A stretch of 64,000 bases of DNA from Thermoproteota archaeon (GTDB taxonomy: Archaea > Thermoproteota > Thermoprotei > Gearchaeales > Gearchaeaceae): positions 96,001 to 160,000 of the forward strand of contig JAVVGF010000003.1 in NCBI GenBank assembly GCA_032249235.1. Direction: 5' to 3'. Shown one piece after another: positions 40,151-50,692 of the stretch (position 1 is its first letter; every line of letters starts with the position of its first letter). The position numbers were made by a program, and so were the translations under genes. The notes under the pieces are model-generated. The model had not been told where the DNA came from. It made no database searches and saw only the letters and a list, made by a program, of their open reading frames with translations.

Positions 40151-41179
40151 GTGAAGTTCCAGCGCAAGTATTTCATCAGAATAAATGAAGATGTTGATTT
40201 ACCTTTAATAGGATGCATAGCATTTGGTGTAATTGATCGAGGAACAAACGTAGTTGAATTGAGATCGAATAGCTATTGTCCTTTAAATTGTATTTTTTGC
40301 TCAACCGATGCAGGACCATTTTCTTGTAGCAGACAAAGTGAATATAGAGTTAATAGAGAATTACTAGTTTCTTATGCGAAGGAGATGGTTAAGCTAAAAG
40401 GGAAAGATGTAGAATTCCATTTGGATAGTGTTGGTGAACCTCTAGCATATGATGAACTTCCTGAATTAATACATGACTTGAAGTCTATAGAAGGAGTTAA
40501 AGTAGTAAGCCTTCAAACACATGGAGCTTTGCTTTCTTATAAGCTTGCAGAACGATTAGCTGCAGCGGGATTGGATAGGATAAATCTTAGCATTGATACA
40601 ACTGATCCTGAAAAAGCGAAATTCTTGCAGGGAATGCCTTGGTATGATGTGAGAAAAGTTATGGAAGTTACTGAATGGATTGTAAAAAATACAAATATAG
40701 ATGTTTTACTTGCACCTGTCTTATTACCTGGCTTAAATGATAAGGATATTGAAGATGTTATTGAATGGGGTAAAAAGATTGGTGTAGGAAAAAGATTTCC
40801 AGGATTCGGGATTCAATTATTCTTAAGACATAAGCATGGCAGAAATCCTGAAAATTTAAGGAAAATGAGCTTCGAGGAATTCAAATCATTATTGAGATAT
40901 TGGGAAAAGAAACATGATGTGAAGCTAATATATAGCGAAGAAGATTTCGGAATGCATAAAGCGCCTAGCTTGCCTATTTTGTTCAAGATAGGTGAGAAAG
41001 TAAGAGTAAAAATTATGGCTCCAGGATGGCTTAAGAATGAATGGCTCGCTGTACCTTTAGGTAGATTTGAAGGAAGCAGGGTAATAACTGTTATAGCTGA
41101 AAAGCTTGATATAGATGTGAAAATACCTGTGAGAATAATAGAAAATAAGCATAATATATATTTAGCAAGACCTATATAG
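40151..41179 (+). CDS. Archaeal radical SAM protein with C-terminal TRAM-like domain
   Basis: CPLNCIFC (CX3CX2C), FGVIDRGTN, GEP. Confidence 0.88.
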   Translation: MKFQRKYFIRINEDVDLPLIGCIAFGVIDRGTNVVELRSNSYCPLNCIFCSTDAGPFSCSRQSEYRVNRELLVSYAKEMVKLKGKDVEFHLDSVGEPLAYDELPELIHDLKSIEGVKVVSLQTHGALLSYKLAERLAAAGLDRINLSIDTTDPEKAKFLQGMPWYDVRKVMEVTEWIVKNTNIDVLLAPVLLPGLNDKDIEDVIEWGKKIGVGKRFPGFGIQLFLRHKHGRNPENLRKMSFEEFKSLLRYWEKKHDVKLIYSEEDFGMHKAPSLPILFKIGEKVRVKIMAPGWLKNEWLAVPLGRFEGSRVITVIAEKLDIDVKIPVRIIENKHNIYLARPI

Positions 41180-41270
41180 ATTGCCTAATTTTAGACGTAA
41201 TTAAACTTTATATTTAAGTTGGTGAAGTATTCATTAAGGTGCTATTAATAATTACTTTGAGCTGTTAAAC

Positions 41271-42791
41271 ATGAATATTCCTAATACTTCTTTTAGTAGT
41301 TTAAAGAATTTCATAAATGAGTTATCTATAATTATGCCCCATATTGAAAATGGTAAGGTTGTGAATCCAACACCTCTGATCGATCTTACTGAATTGATCG
41401 CTGAGTGTGCAAGGAGAGAATATAAAATCAATGTCGATGCTAAAAAGATTAAAGTCTATGGAAAGCTTGAAAGCAAACTACCTGCAGGCTCTGTTAAGAC
41501 TAGGCCTGCATATTATATTTTAAAAAACGCAATAGAGAATGGTCTTTTGAAAGAGGATACAATAGTATTCGAAGCTACATCAGGAAACTTTGGCATTTCT
41601 TTATCATTATTAACTAAATTGGGAATAAAGGTTGTAGCGCTTGTATCTAGAAAACTTCAAGAAGGAGTTCTTGAAGAATTGAGCAGAAGTGGTGTTAAGA
41701 TAATAGACTTAGATATTGATATATGCCCAGCACCCGGCCTAAAAGTGAGTTTGGATACCTTAAGTGCTAAGCTTGCATTCGATAAGATCAAGGAATCATT
41801 AGAGGAAATTGGTTTAGACACAAGAAAATTAGAGCATTTCGAAAATGAAATAGAGAGTTTGCTTATTAAACAAGATGTTATAAATCTAGCCAAACTTCTT
41901 GCTAAGATTTACAATGGCTTTTGTCCAGAACAATATGATAACGAATGCAATCCTAAAGTACATGAAGAAATAACAGCAAGAGAAATAGAGCAACAATTAA
42001 ATGAGTTAGGAGAAAATATTAATGAATTCACAATTGTATGCACTTTCGGTACAGGCGGAACTGCTACAGGATTGAGCAATTATTTTCTAAAGACTTTAAA
42101 TTCAAAGAAAGTTCGTGTAATATATCCCTTATCAAATCAAGATGTAGCAGGCATAAGAACAAAAGAAAAAGCGTTTGGTCTTCGTTTTTATAAGCCCGAA
42201 CTTTATCTTGGAGAGCATGAAGTAGATTTTGAAGAAGCCAAAAAGTTATTGATATTCTTTAATGAAAGAGGCATTAATATTGGTGAAAGCAGCGCATTAG
42301 CGCTTTATGCAACAATCCAAATGATCAACTTTGGTTTAGGAAACAAATTCTTAGTTATATTGCCTGACGATTTTGAGAAATATTCGAAGAAATATGAAAT
42401 CAGACCAATCAGGCTTAGCGTAAACTATGAAGAGATAAAAGAAAGAATAAATGAATACGAAGCAATAATATGGACGCATGGAGCATTCGTTCCAAATGAA
42501 GAAGCAATTGAATTAATTAGCAAACAATTCAACGTCGATAAAAGCAAGATAGAAATAGCAAATAGAGAAGAAATGATACAGCTAACATTGAAATCTCAAA
42601 TTCCTGATAGGATTAAAGCTAAGAAGAAAATTCTTTTGATGTGTGTAGGCGGTGGTACTTCATTAAAGATTGCAGAGTTTCTTTCTAAAAACGGAATTGT
42701 GGCTCAAAGCTTGGAAGGAGGAATAATTCCTTTAGCAAGCAAGCTAGGTAAAAAAGTAGAAGAATTATTAAGACCATTCCCAAAAAATTAG
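41271..42791 (+). CDS. Cysteine synthase-like PLP enzyme fused to a C-terminal rhodanese-like domain
   Basis: GSVKTR (PLP Lys), EATSGNFG, GTGGT, GESS; C-terminal CVGGGTS loop and SLEGG. Confidence 0.78.
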   Translation: MNIPNTSFSSLKNFINELSIIMPHIENGKVVNPTPLIDLTELIAECARREYKINVDAKKIKVYGKLESKLPAGSVKTRPAYYILKNAIENGLLKEDTIVFEATSGNFGISLSLLTKLGIKVVALVSRKLQEGVLEELSRSGVKIIDLDIDICPAPGLKVSLDTLSAKLAFDKIKESLEEIGLDTRKLEHFENEIESLLIKQDVINLAKLLAKIYNGFCPEQYDNECNPKVHEEITAREIEQQLNELGENINEFTIVCTFGTGGTATGLSNYFLKTLNSKKVRVIYPLSNQDVAGIRTKEKAFGLRFYKPELYLGEHEVDFEEAKKLLIFFNERGINIGESSALALYATIQMINFGLGNKFLVILPDDFEKYSKKYEIRPIRLSVNYEEIKERINEYEAIIWTHGAFVPNEEAIELISKQFNVDKSKIEIANREEMIQLTLKSQIPDRIKAKKKILLMCVGGGTSLKIAEFLSKNGIVAQSLEGGIIPLASKLGKKVEELLRPFPKN

Positions 42792-42833
42792 GGTATACCT
42801 AAAATTTAAATAACTTCTGGCAAGTATAAGTAT

Positions 42834-43595
42834 GTGGATAAGAAAGTAGTATATGTTTCTCTAATGATTTCTTTTGGAATCATCATAGCTATTCTTTCAA
42901 TGCCCGAAATAATGGAAAATCTCGCTTCTAACATTCTTAATCAATTTGGGATCGGTCTTATATTCTTAGCATTACTATTTATAGGTTTTATACATGGCAT
43001 AAAACCTGATGAACATACATGGCCTATTACGATCCCTTATGCTTTAGTTCAAAAAAATCTTAAGAGAGCTGTACTAGCTTCGTTTGTATTTACAGGCGCT
43101 TTAACACTTGTATGGACGATTTTGAGTTTAGTAATATCACAAATACTCTCTCTATTAACAAATCCTGAGATGCTAACACCTTATGCAGATGTCATAGCAG
43201 GCTTAACGATGATAGGTGTAGCCCTGTTGTTTATTCTCAAGACTAAAAAGAACGAAAATAAAATCGGAACAGATCATCTCGTACCTGATTATAGGTATAT
43301 ATGGATTCATGGTTTAGCTGCTTCATTCGGAGGAGATTTCTTCGTAGTTTTAATATTGAGTAGTGTATTAATAGGAAGTGCAATACCTGCAAGCTTAGGA
43401 TTTTCAATAGGGTTTTTGTTTGGGGTAGGTTCAATGATTGCTCAAAGCATTGTAGTTATAGCAGCATACAAAGGATTCAATTTATTGATAAAGAATGCTA
43501 ATCTAATGGCTAGAAGTGGAATGCTATCATTACTATTCTTAGGAATTTTTCTATTCAGCCTAGGTATTATAAACTTTATAAATCTAATTATTTAA
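42834..43595 (+). CDS. Membrane protein, NiCoT/UreH-like metal permease candidate
   Basis: Several TM helices; GFIHGIKPDEHTW resembles the HAxxxDH motif; second motif WIHG. Confidence 0.55.
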   Translation: MDKKVVYVSLMISFGIIIAILSMPEIMENLASNILNQFGIGLIFLALLFIGFIHGIKPDEHTWPITIPYALVQKNLKRAVLASFVFTGALTLVWTILSLVISQILSLLTNPEMLTPYADVIAGLTMIGVALLFILKTKKNENKIGTDHLVPDYRYIWIHGLAASFGGDFFVVLILSSVLIGSAIPASLGFSIGFLFGVGSMIAQSIVVIAAYKGFNLLIKNANLMARSGMLSLLFLGIFLFSLGIINFINLII

Positions 43596-43629
43596 AAAAA
43601 TATATAAGCGAGAATAAAAATTCTTAATT

Positions 43630-44280
43630 ATGAATTTATTAGAAATATTATATGCGGCTGTATTATCTATTTGGGTATATTTTGTAGCATTCCATTTAAC
43701 AAAATGGCTTTATAATATATTGAAAAATAAGGGTTTGAAAGATAACGTGATAGTTTATTTCAATAGAAAAATAATTCATATCTTAGCAGGTGGTCTTGTT
43801 GCTCTATTAGTTCCTTTAATATTTACTTCTTATATAATACCCCTTATCCTTGGTTTATTGTTTGCTTTAATAACTTACATACCTCATAGAACTGGCAAAT
43901 TGTTGTATTGGTTCCAAGATCCTAACAACTATTATGAGGTTAATTTTTGCATCATGTGGGCAATAATAATTACAATTGGTTGGATTTTATTCAACAACCC
44001 TTGGATTGCAGTCGTGCCTGTTCTATTCATGGCTTTCGGAGACGCTACAACAGGTTTCGTGAGAAACTTGATCTATAAAAGAAGAACAAAATCTTGGATA
44101 GGTAACATAGCAATGGGAATTGTTAGTGTTCCTATTGGAGCAATAATAGGAATTGCAGGCATAGTTGCAGCTTTAATCTCTAGCATAATTGAGCATTTTG
44201 AATTTAAATACATAGATGATAACATAACCATTCCTTTAGTTTCATTTATAGTTATTTATTTGATTGGATTATTTTTCTAA
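43630..44280 (+). CDS. Dolichol/phytol kinase family membrane protein
   Basis: RKIIH, FGDA, KSWIG, DDNITIP. Confidence 0.85.
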   Translation: MNLLEILYAAVLSIWVYFVAFHLTKWLYNILKNKGLKDNVIVYFNRKIIHILAGGLVALLVPLIFTSYIIPLILGLLFALITYIPHRTGKLLYWFQDPNNYYEVNFCIMWAIIITIGWILFNNPWIAVVPVLFMAFGDATTGFVRNLIYKRRTKSWIGNIAMGIVSVPIGAIIGIAGIVAALISSIIEHFEFKYIDDNITIPLVSFIVIYLIGLFF

Positions 44281-44959
44281 TATTGACATTCCAAATGAAA
44301 TACTTTATTCACTTGAAAGAATCGTAAACACTTATGAGAAGGTCACACACTCGATAACTTTAAATCTTGATTCATTACTAAGGAAACAATTGGTGAAAAT
44401 AGTCGATAAGGAACCAATAATGGATGTAGGTTCAGGAACCGGAGCACTAGTTGAGGAATTGAATAAACTAAAACCTAGCATGTATGTAGTTATGGTTGAA
44501 CCTATTGAAGGTTATACGAGGATTCTTAAGTATAAATTTAAAGGTTATAATTTTGAAGTTATAAGGGCCTTTGCAGAGTATTTACCTTTCAAACAGAATT
44601 CTTTCGAATTTCTAATGACTAGCTATATGCTTAGAGATTCAATGGATCTAGGAACAGTCATTAAAAATTTTGAAACAGTTTCAAAAAGAATATTAATTTT
44701 AGATTTTTGGAAGCCTGATAATTTTATTGTTTTATTTCTTGAATTATTATATATGTATACTTTTATGCCTTTGTTAGTTGCTATTCATGATCCATGGAAT
44801 TTAAAATATTACTTAACAATTCCAAAAACAGTCTTAAGAGTCCCTAAGTTTAAATATTTGATAAAGATGTTTAAAAAATCAAAAATACAAAAAGTTAAAA
44901 AATGGTTTGGCGGTATATTCTTTCTAATTTATGCCAAATCTACTGACCTTTCCAAATAG
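44264..44959 (+). CDS. Class I SAM-dependent methyltransferase (UbiE/MenG-like)
   Basis: MDVGSGTG, AEYLPF, YMLRD, ILDF. Confidence 0.78.
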   Translation: MDYFSNIDIPNEILYSLERIVNTYEKVTHSITLNLDSLLRKQLVKIVDKEPIMDVGSGTGALVEELNKLKPSMYVVMVEPIEGYTRILKYKFKGYNFEVIRAFAEYLPFKQNSFEFLMTSYMLRDSMDLGTVIKNFETVSKRILILDFWKPDNFIVLFLELLYMYTFMPLLVAIHDPWNLKYYLTIPKTVLRVPKFKYLIKMFKKSKIQKVKKWFGGIFFLIYAKSTDLSK

Positions 44960-46892
44960 GCATTCTTTTATCGATGAATGCTTTCATGCCTTCTTTGAAA
45001 TCTTCACTAGCTACTAAACTTGCGAGCTCATTAGCTCCAATAATTATAGAATTCAAGAAAATACTTTTATAAGAATTGAAGCTTCTTTTAATAGCTTTGA
45101 CAGAAAGTGGTGCTAATCTCTTAATTTTATCTATAAATTCGATCGCTACAATATCTAGCTGTTCTTTAGCGACAACGAGATCAACTAAACCTAATTCTCT
45201 TGCTTCCTCAGCGCTAAATTGTTCACCTGTTAGGCAATATCTCATTAATTTCTTATTAAGCATCGATAAACCTAGTGTAGAAGCTAATGGTGGCATTGCA
45301 CCTATCAATCCTTCTGGTAAAGCGAAAGAAGCATCTTCACTAGCTATGACTATGTCGAAGAATAAATTTATTTCTAAACCTCCCCCGAATGCTATACCAT
45401 TGATTAAGGAAATAATTGGCTTTTCATAATTCATCAAATTCATCACCAATGGACCAATAGTTCTTTCAAAAAACTCTCTTCCTTCATTTAAAGATTTCCA
45501 TTTACTCATGACATTAATATCATCACCTGAAGAGAATGCTCTTCCTTCACCTGTTATTAGAACTACTCTAATAGCTTTATCTTGTGCCGCTTTATTAAAT
45601 GCTTCATTCAAATTCCTCCACATTTCTTCATCTAAGGCATTCAATCTTTTTTCTCTTCTCATCGTTATCAATGCATAGTCATGTCTTTTTTCATATCTAA
45701 TATTTCCTAAATCGATCTTTTCATATTGCCATTCATAGAAACCTTTACCTGTTTTCTTACCTAAATTTCCATTCGATACCAATTCTTTAAGCAACTCATT
45801 AGGCTCATATTCTACAGATCCTGTATTCCTTTTTTCTTGCTCGAGTACTTCAACGATCCTATCTATTCCAACATCATCTGCATATTCTAGCGGTCCTTTA
45901 GGTAAATTTAAACCTTTTTTCATAGCTTTATCTATATCATAAGCATTGGAAACATCATTCTTTATAAGCCAAGCTGCTTCATTAATTGTGGTTGAAAGCA
46001 AATTAAGAGGATTTATTTCGTAAATTCTTTTCACATCTACTTTAGGAGTTTTAATTCCGAAGCCATATTCATAAAAACCTGCACCGCTCTTTATCCCGAA
46101 TCTTTTATTAGCAATCAGTTCTTCAAGAATTCTAGGCATGTTTATTTTTAAACCTTCTTTTATCATTTCATTAATTACCCCATATATAATATCTAGACCT
46201 ACGAAATCAGCTAGTTCAAATATTCCCATCGGATAGCCAAGCCTTATCTTAGCAAGCGCATCAATTTCTTCATATTTGAAACCTTTTTCAGTTAACTTTA
46301 TTGCTTCAAGAAATGTCCTAATAGCTAATCTGTTTACTATAAAGCCTACGACATCCTTTCTTAGCACAACGTATTCCATCTCTAAACTGCTAGCGAATTC
46401 CTCCAACTTTTTTATCGTTGTATTAGAAACTTTATCATGACCAACTATTTCTACGAAACGAATTAATAAAGGAGGATTGAAAAAGTGAAGACCTGCTACT
46501 TTATCACTTCTCTTCGTAACTTTAGCTAGTTTAGATATAGGTATAGAAGAAGTATTGCTAGTAAGTATTGTATTTTCATTACAAATCGAGTCCAATTCTT
46601 CAAATAGTCTTTTCTTAAGCTCATAATTCTCTGGTATAGCTTCAATTACTAAATCTACAAATGGCGCTACTTCTTTTAGATTCGTTAATGTCTTTATCCT
46701 CGCTAAAACTTCATCTATGCTTGAAATTTTACCTTTAGCAAGCAGTTGCTCAAGGCTCCATTTAATATTAGCTATTGCTTGTTTCAATATTTCTTCCTTA
46801 ATATCAACAAGATATACTTCATGCTTTGCAAGTGCAACAACTTCAGCAATTGCATGCCCCATTGTACCAGCTCCTACGACGAGAACTTTCAT
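44940..46892 (-). CDS. Bifunctional 3-hydroxyacyl-CoA dehydrogenase / enoyl-CoA hydratase
   Basis: GAGTMG, NTSS, HFFNP, GFIVNR; C-terminal crotonase (AFSSGDD, GGGLE, LPE). Confidence 0.93.
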   Translation of the reverse strand: MKVLVVGAGTMGHAIAEVVALAKHEVYLVDIKEEILKQAIANIKWSLEQLLAKGKISSIDEVLARIKTLTNLKEVAPFVDLVIEAIPENYELKKRLFEELDSICNENTILTSNTSSIPISKLAKVTKRSDKVAGLHFFNPPLLIRFVEIVGHDKVSNTTIKKLEEFASSLEMEYVVLRKDVVGFIVNRLAIRTFLEAIKLTEKGFKYEEIDALAKIRLGYPMGIFELADFVGLDIIYGVINEMIKEGLKINMPRILEELIANKRFGIKSGAGFYEYGFGIKTPKVDVKRIYEINPLNLLSTTINEAAWLIKNDVSNAYDIDKAMKKGLNLPKGPLEYADDVGIDRIVEVLEQEKRNTGSVEYEPNELLKELVSNGNLGKKTGKGFYEWQYEKIDLGNIRYEKRHDYALITMRREKRLNALDEEMWRNLNEAFNKAAQDKAIRVVLITGEGRAFSSGDDINVMSKWKSLNEGREFFERTIGPLVMNLMNYEKPIISLINGIAFGGGLEINLFFDIVIASEDASFALPEGLIGAMPPLASTLGLSMLNKKLMRYCLTGEQFSAEEARELGLVDLVVAKEQLDIVAIEFIDKIKRLAPLSVKAIKRSFNSYKSIFLNSIIIGANELASLVASEDFKEGMKAFIDKRMPIWKGQ

Positions 46893-46928
46893 AAAAATAA
46901 ATAGTTTAAAATAATAAAAATAAAAAAA

Positions 46929-47525
46929 CTATTTAACTGGAGCTTGTAGATGTCCTATTGTAAACGTTGAAGCCATGAAAAGCCACGTAATACCGAAAAT
47001 CAATGCTACTATTATGAAAGCCCATCTCGTTGCTTTGTTATTTATATGTGTTAGAGGAACTGAAAGAATTGCAGTTAGACCGAACATTAAATAAGCGAAA
47101 GCTGCTAGTTCTGGCGTTCTTGAAAGTCTATTCGCTAGTATTGCAAATACGTCGTTGAAGGAATATAAAGCTGCTATGAAAGCAAAATAGGATATTGCTC
47201 TTAATCCTGTATTCAAATAAAGTGAAAATGCTATGCCAAGTAGTAAAATGCCTCCTATAGCTGAAGAACCGCCATAGAGAACATCATAAACTCCTCCGCC
47301 TATATTTCCAAAAGGCCATATTATTATTATAAGAAGACCGTTGATCAATAGATAAAGACCTAGTAGCCCAAAAGCTATTGCGAAGCTCTTTGCTTTAGTT
47401 GTATCTTGGAATGTATCTTTTGAAGCGTCATAAGGTAATCTCCAGAATAAAAGAGCTAGTAATATGCCTGCTGCACCAACAACCCATGCCATGCTATCCA
47501 AAGTATCATGAGGTGGAACTGCCAT
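46929..47525 (-). CDS. DUF981-like membrane protein
   Basis: About 6 TM segments; WPF..GVYDVLYG, LSRTP, C-terminal GH. Confidence 0.65.
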   Translation of the reverse strand: MAVPPHDTLDSMAWVVGAAGILLALLFWRLPYDASKDTFQDTTKAKSFAIAFGLLGLYLLINGLLIIIIWPFGNIGGGVYDVLYGGSSAIGGILLLGIAFSLYLNTGLRAISYFAFIAALYSFNDVFAILANRLSRTPELAAFAYLMFGLTAILSVPLTHINNKATRWAFIIVALIFGITWLFMASTFTIGHLQAPVK

Positions 47526-47769
47526 CGTTTTTTATTAAATGATTATCAATATATAAAGGTATGTATTTTTCATAATATATTATTATTTTCAAATATGTAT
47601 AATAAAATATTTAGAAATATTTGTATACATTTGTATTTATTTAAGAAAAGTTAACTAAATTTTACCAATTAATTTTATTATGATTTGCCTTCATTTTCAT
47701 TTATTTCTTTATTAGCAAGCATTATATCTTCTACTCCAAATCTTATATATTTGATTTAGAACTAATCAT

Positions 47770-48228
47770 ATGGCAAGAAAAATTTATTTAGTTCAACATG
47801 GAGAATCTTATACTGAAAACATTGATCCTGAAAGGAAGCTAACGCCTAAAGGAATAGAAGAAACTAAAGTTATCTCAAAGTACTTATCTAAGATTGGAAT
47901 AAAGATAGATGCGATTCTACATAGTACAAAACTGAGAAGTAAACAAACAGCAAACATAATTTCTTCTGAATTGAATGTGAGGAATGTTTTCGAAGTTAAG
48001 GATCTGGAACCTCTTTCTGATCCTAAAGCTACTCTTCAAATTATTAATCAATATGAAGGTGATATAATGCTAGTTGGTCACCTGCCTAATTTATCCAAGT
48101 TAGTAGAACTACTCACAGGTTCAGAATCTGTTCTATTTAGGTATTCAGGAGTTATATGCTTGGAAGAAGTAGAAAAGGATAAATGGAAAATTAAATGGTT
48201 CATTATCCCAGATATTATAAAAGATTGA
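47770..48228 (+). CDS. sixA: Phosphohistidine phosphatase SixA-like
   Basis: YLVQHGE, RKLT..G, HSTKLRSKQTA, LVGHLP. Confidence 0.85.
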   Translation: MARKIYLVQHGESYTENIDPERKLTPKGIEETKVISKYLSKIGIKIDAILHSTKLRSKQTANIISSELNVRNVFEVKDLEPLSDPKATLQIINQYEGDIMLVGHLPNLSKLVELLTGSESVLFRYSGVICLEEVEKDKWKIKWFIIPDIIKD

Positions 48229-48548
48229 TCATTATTTATGGAATAAACTTAGTACAAATAACAGAGAGAAATCGAAATGTTAAAAAATACCTCTAATTTG
48301 CTCACCTGCTCTATTTCGTAAAACTGGCTTCATACCAGCCTTGAGAAGCTCCAGAATTCCTTTTCAAAGTATTTCATCGTTATTCTCATTAATTCGTAGC
48401 TACATCTAGCATTTGAGTGCAATAAGATATGCAAGGAATCACCTTAATTATTTAAACTAATCCTCTTTGAGGCATGAACTCTCTGTTTTATGGCAACTGG
48501 ATAATCGTGTTTAAATACCCTTCTTATTATTTTAGAATCGGTGAGTTA

Positions 48549-48902
48549 ATGGGTCATGTATGGGCTGATGTAAAGTTAATAAATGTTGTTACAGGTCAAG
48601 AAATTAAAGTTACAGCTTTGATTGACACTGGAGCAACTTTTACAGTCTTGCCTTGGTGGATTCATGAAAAATTAGGACTTAAGATAATAGGTAGAAAGAA
48701 AATTGAGACAGCTAAAGGCTATACAGAACTTGATGAAAGCTTTGTATTGATTGAATTAGAAGGTAGATCAGGAATAACCCCAGTTCTAATTTCAAAAGAA
48801 TTGAAAGATGTTTTAGTAGGTGTTTTAACATTAGAAAGTTTAGGTCTAATGGTAGATCCAACATCAGGTAAGCTTAAGGAGACGAGAATATTGTTGTTAT
48901 AA
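48549..48902 (+). CDS. Clan AA (retropepsin-like) aspartic protease
   Basis: ALIDTGAT, LVGVLTLESLGL.VDP. Start placed at ATG 48549, after a ggtgag SD-like sequence. Confidence 0.85.
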   Translation: MGHVWADVKLINVVTGQEIKVTALIDTGATFTVLPWWIHEKLGLKIIGRKKIETAKGYTELDESFVLIELEGRSGITPVLISKELKDVLVGVLTLESLGLMVDPTSGKLKETRILLL

Positions 48903-49022
48903 TTATGCTTATCGCCTTTTTAATAAACCCTGAAGAATATTAATAAAATAGAAACGTAAGAACATAAAATGCTAGAATTAAGAGAAAATTAACTTTAACA
49001 ATTTTAGTTTTAAATTATTTAT

Positions 49023-49484
49023 TCATGGTATTGTCATTACTTTTCCTTCAGTTAAATTCAGTATATCCATAGGTTTAATTTTCAACGTAGTGTTTACAGC
49101 ACCTCCACCACCATAAACATATTCTTTCTTCATTACTTCTTCATCTATTAAACATGTAACCTTCTTTTTATGTCCAACAGGAGGTATTCCTCCTGCTTCA
49201 TATCCTGTATGCTCGATCACTTCATCTTCTCTAGCAAGTCTTAATTTTTTAAAGCCTAAAATATTTGCCAGCTGTGTTTGATTTACTCTTTTATTTCCTG
49301 GAACGATTACTAAAATAGGTTCACCTTTTTCATTCATGAACAATAAAGACTTTATAATATCTGAGATAGCAATCCCTAGAACTTGACTAGCTTTACCTGC
49401 GCTATATGTCTCTTCATGATATTTCAATTCAAATTCTACACCTTTTTCCTTTAGATAATTCTCCAAATCTTTTGGTCCTAACAT
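49023..49484 (-). CDS. YbaK/EbsC aminoacyl-tRNA deacylase family
   Basis: IIKSLLF, TGYEAGGIPPVG, GGG. Confidence 0.9.
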   Translation of the reverse strand: MLGPKDLENYLKEKGVEFELKYHEETYSAGKASQVLGIAISDIIKSLLFMNEKGEPILVIVPGNKRVNQTQLANILGFKKLRLAREDEVIEHTGYEAGGIPPVGHKKKVTCLIDEEVMKKEYVYGGGGAVNTTLKIKPMDILNLTEGKVMTIP

Positions 49485-49546
49485 AAGAAGAATTTTGGAT
49501 ATGGCTAAATAAATTATATTTTAATTTCAAGGAAAATGTAGATTTT

Positions 49547-50692
49547 GTGTATGATTTTTTAGCCACAGTAAACATTGGACTTGAGAAAATTGCTTCAAAA
49601 GAAATTTCTAACTTGCTGGATGCCAAAGTTTTTGAAGATGTAGGTAGCGTTAGTTTTTATGCTGATTTGAATGCTATCTTCAAGCTAAACATGTATTCGA
49701 GAACCATCAATAAGTTAATCCTTGTTCTTGGGAGATCATACTTTGAGAACCTTCAAGATATTTACAAGCTTGCAAACTACATAAGATATTCAGATTTCAT
49801 CACAAGAGAACAAACTTTTGCAGTAAGAGTTGAAAGAATAGGAAAACATAATTTCACCAGTATTGACGCAGCTGAAAGGATTGGACAAGCTATTATCGAT
49901 AGCTACATAGAAGAAACAGGTTTTAGGCTTAAAGTCAATCTAGATGAACCTGATGTTGAAATCTATTCAAGAATAAAGGATGATCGGGTGATAATTGGAA
50001 TAAACACAACTGGTATATCTCTTCATAAAAGAGGCTACAAGAAATATAAGCATCCATCAGCTATTAGTCCAACTATTGCAGCTTCAATGCTTTATCTTGC
50101 AAATTGGAATGAAGAAGATTTCTTAATAGATCCTATGTGCGGTGGTGCAACTATACCCATAGAAGCTGCTCATATAAAACTTAAAATCCCAATTTCAATT
50201 TTCAGAGAAAGATCAAAAATAAGCTATGCTTTTAAGAAGTTAAAATTTTTGGATATTGAGAAATATGAAACGATGATGGATCAAGCTTTGAATTATTACT
50301 CAGAAGAAAATTTTAGAATAATAGCATGCGATATTTCTCCTAGGCATATTAAAGGAGCTAAGCAGAATGTATCAAATGCTTTAGTAAGTAATTTTGTCGA
50401 TATTTTGAATTCTGATGCAAGAAATATCGATAAGATTTTTTCTCATTTCGATATAGCAGTGTTGAATCCTCCTTATGGCAAGCGTTCAGGAGATATAGGT
50501 TATATAAGGAAATTGTATGATGCTTTTTTAAGTTCCTTAAGAAAAAGTTATTTTAAAAATGCGGTAATCATAACTGCAGCACCTAAAATTTTCAAAAGCT
50601 ACGTCATAAAGAATGGATTTTCAATTGCTGAAGAATATGTTGCTTTTCATGGAGGTTTGATCACAAAAGTATTTAAGATTATTCCAGCTTAA
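49547..50692 (+). CDS. trm14: THUMP-domain tRNA (guanine-N2) methyltransferase (Trm14-like)
   Basis: THUMP region, SLHKRGY, DPMCGGATI, NPPYG. Confidence 0.85.
   Translation: MYDFLATVNIGLEKIASKEISNLLDAKVFEDVGSVSFYADLNAIFKLNMYSRTINKLILVLGRSYFENLQDIYKLANYIRYSDFITREQTFAVRVERIGKHNFTSIDAAERIGQAIIDSYIEETGFRLKVNLDEPDVEIYSRIKDDRVIIGINTTGISLHKRGYKKYKHPSAISPTIAASMLYLANWNEEDFLIDPMCGGATIPIEAAHIKLKIPISIFRERSKISYAFKKLKFLDIEKYETMMDQALNYYSEENFRIIACDISPRHIKGAKQNVSNALVSNFVDILNSDARNIDKIFSHFDIAVLNPPYGKRSGDIGYIRKLYDAFLSSLRKSYFKNAVIITAAPKIFKSYVIKNGFSIAEEYVAFHGGLITKVFKIIPA

Noticed and set aside
48240-48470. Minus-strand fragments resembling a decayed coiled-coil gene start
   Set aside because: Needs several assumed frameshifts; no supportable call.
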